Assembly (NCBI RefSeq): GCF_009914755.1
Contig: NC_060931.1
DNA length: 64,000 nt
Strand: one strand, 5' to 3'
DNA from: the human T2T-CHM13v2.0 reference genome, Homo sapiens
Part shown: in pieces, positions 61,201 through 64,000 of the stretch
How positions within the stretch are numbered: the first letter of the stretch is position 1
Layout: every line of letters begins with the position of its first letter
The notes under the pieces: model-generated
Told to the model about the DNA's origin: nothing
Seen by the model: the letters and a program-made list of their open reading frames with translations, nothing else
Database searches by the model: none
Position numbers and translations under genes: made by a program

Positions 61201-62525
61201 AAGTTATAATCCTGAGTAAGTCAATCCAGAGTCACCACCCATTTAGAGGGTGATCAAAGGGATGGGGTAGGGTTTGTCTTGAATAGTAGGGGTTACCTCT
61301 CTTAAAGCCCCCTACCCCTCTTCCTCTGGAATTGTGAAGGGAAAGAAAGGCAGAATAGAAGAACAGATGTGCTGCGATCATGATAATTTGGTTTCTTTTA
61401 AGGTAGAACATTTTATGTGCCACCAAGATAGGCTTAAAACCATATTTAAGTAAAATATTCAGTCCTCCTATTAAGCCCTCCTTAGCTAATTTGAGACTGG
61501 GAAAGCAGATACTTAGTTGAGATGCTTTGGTTGAAGCATTTAAAAAGTACTCTTCAGAACCAGACATAACTTTCTATTTTGTCAAAGTAAGACACCTAAC
61601 TTTATTCCACAACACTTTAGCAGCTATCTCCCCTTAATGCATCTTTTACTTACTGGTGTTCCTGACTTTATGCCGTAAAGGTCAGCAAGCTGAAGTACTT
61701 TTTAACACATTCTTCTCAATGTCAGGCATTATTGCTGTCAGCTGTCTTCCATGCCAAAGATAACATGCAGGTGGATTTTCATAGCCAAGTCTAATGCTAC
61801 AAACATGGATCCTTCCATTTCATAATTGATTATGAGTTTCTCTACAGGTGCCAAATGGCAGCAATGAGATACAGGTCTTTATGGTTCCCTCACCCCAACT
61901 GCAGTCAAACTCATTAGGGAGCACCTTGCAAAGATAGTTTACCAATCATTCTCACCCAGGTTCTAATAATGGTCAGCAGTTACCTTCAACAATGACTTCT
62001 CACACATCCCCTCTTCACACACATTTTTTTAACCCCCCAATGAATGAAGTCCACATTCTGGCATATCCTTTTAATAAGGTTCCCCTTACCAAGATTCTGT
62101 TAGGGTACAGCTTCTTAAATTTTGTTGTCTTTGCTTTTGTTAAGGAAGACTAGGGCATTAAGTTAAAGATGATTTGTCTTGTTTTCTAAAATTTAATATT
62201 TTTTGTGTGGTAATATCTGTTGCAAAGTAAACCAAATCCTGATTTTGAAAGTTATCCCAGCATGCATTTTAGAAATAATTTTCTGGGACTCTGAATAAAG
62301 AACTCAAGAATAAAGTCAGCTCTTTAGTTCTGCAGCAGTCAGGAGCAGATAGTCTATTTTGTGTTTAGGTGTTGGTAACCTGTGAAACAGAGAGGGTAGA
62401 AATAGTAATAGATCCTGCTATGGATATGATAAGTCTCTGGATTTACTATAAGTTCCCCGTATTGAATAAATTAGGTAATATAAATTTATCAGTTTCCACA
62501 GCCACATTGGTTGTACTTTAGGCTC

Positions 62526-62686
62526 ATTGCTTCTCAAACATTTTTGTGCAAAAAGAATCTCTTGGAGATCAGAATGACATTTTGATTCAGAGGCCTGGGC
62601 TTGGAGGGGTTTGGGGATGAGGCTGAGATTCTTCATTTCTAACAAATTCCCAGGAGATACTACTGGTCCCCAGACCACACTTGCAG
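62526..62686. mobile_element. MER5A-type MITE
   Basis: cttctcaaac...catttctaacaaattcccagg...ctggtccccagaccacactt. Confidence 0.75.
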
Positions 62687-62777
62687 TAAAAAGGTTCTAG
62701 GTGGTAAATAGCAGCTGCTAAGACCTTGCCCTCGGAATCTAGAAGGTGGCTGCCAGAATGACAACTTAGAGCCATTC

Positions 62778-62975
62778 TTAGCAAACATTTTTCTGTAAAG
62801 GACCAGATAGTAAATATTTTAAGCATTGTGGCCATAGGTCTATATTTCATAGTCTTGTTTGATTTGCTTATTTTTACAACTTAAAAACCACCTTAGCTCT
62901 AAGGCATACCTCTGGCTAGAGCAAGAAGCTAAAGTCAAATCCAGTGGGCTTGTCAAGTTAGCCCATGGCTTCCAG
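62778..62975. mobile_element. MER58-type fragment
   Basis: agcaaacattttctgtaaaggaccagatagtaaatattttaagc. Confidence 0.7.
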
Positions 62976-63269
62976 ATCTGGCATTGATATAAGCCCGTTG
63001 TTTTGTAAGCATTCTTAGGACTGTAGGAGAACCGTGAGGATTCCCGTTCCAAAGAACTTTATAGGAAGATTGTGTGTTTGTTGAGGAGAGAAAGAAGATA
63101 AAATTATTTGGAAGAAAATAAAAAGAAGCTACCATTTTGATCAACTCATGCGAAATGAAAATCTCTAAAAAGTGTTAACATTTAGATCATAAGTAAGAGT
63201 CTGGGCAGAACTTCAAGATGGACCCAGAATGCATTTCACTTCGATTTATATGATTAGTCTACCTACTTA

Positions 63270-63480
63270 CGAGTCAGTATAGTGTCCAGTCATGGTTAAA
63301 AACTTGGTCAGACTTGTATCTGAATCCCAGTTCTACTGCTTACTAGCTGGGTAATTTTAGTTAATCAAGCTACTTAACTATTCTGAGATACAATAATACC
63401 CCTGTTTTATGGGGTTGTTAATATTAAATGAGAGTGTGTGCTTTAAAGTGTTTAGAAAACAATAAATAGTGACTGTTACT
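63270..63480 (+). mobile_element. MIR
   Basis: gaatcccagttctactgcttactagctgggtaa...attaaatgag. Confidence 0.65.
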
Positions 63481-63522
63481 ATATTATTATGAGTATGACT
63501 GAATCCTATAAAAGAATCCTGT

Positions 63523-63917
<395 letters not shown>

Positions 63918-64000
63918 CTACAGTCCTTAATAACAACATACTTAATTTCTGCAAAGCTAGCAGAAACCTCATTACTAAACAAGTCAAGCTACTATTCCAT

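Noticed and set aside
61264-61318. GGGGTAGGG...CCCTACCCC inverted repeat
   Set aside because: It is only a 9-bp stem with a long loop, within chance expectation for 64 kb, and not pre-miRNA-like.
61540-62110. Complex, apparently non-repeat stretch with a minus-strand AATAAA, considered as a processed pseudogene or exon
   Set aside because: The frames I read are interrupted by stops, I recognise no protein, and there is no poly(A) or TSD. A BLAST search would be needed.

Overview
AT-rich, CpG-poor, Alu/L1/L2-rich primate (human-like) genomic DNA. The window lies inside the ANKIB1 gene (ankyrin-repeat and IBR/RBR E3 ligase) on the + strand. It holds at least 40 kb of upstream intron, the start-codon exon (40178-40455, ATG 40268), a 12.2 kb intron, the next coding exon (52648-52945) and about 11 kb of the following intron. 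There is no CpG island, so the promoter and first exon lie upstream of the window. The rest is mostly interspersed repeats, including a minus-strand MER21-type provirus with a perfect tRNA-Leu(CAA) primer-binding site. Main hunt result: the two exons total 576 nt (192 codons) and the 90-nt 5'UTR part of the first is stop-free in the coding frame. A back-spliced circle of the two exons would therefore be an endless ORF, and inverted Alus flank it. Other items are two uORFs, a duplicated 5' splice site, an unexplained ~175-bp duplicated element, a 166-bp tandem duplication and a fold-back insertion inside an Alu. Repeat subfamily names come from recalled consensus sequences, and repeat boundaries are approximate.
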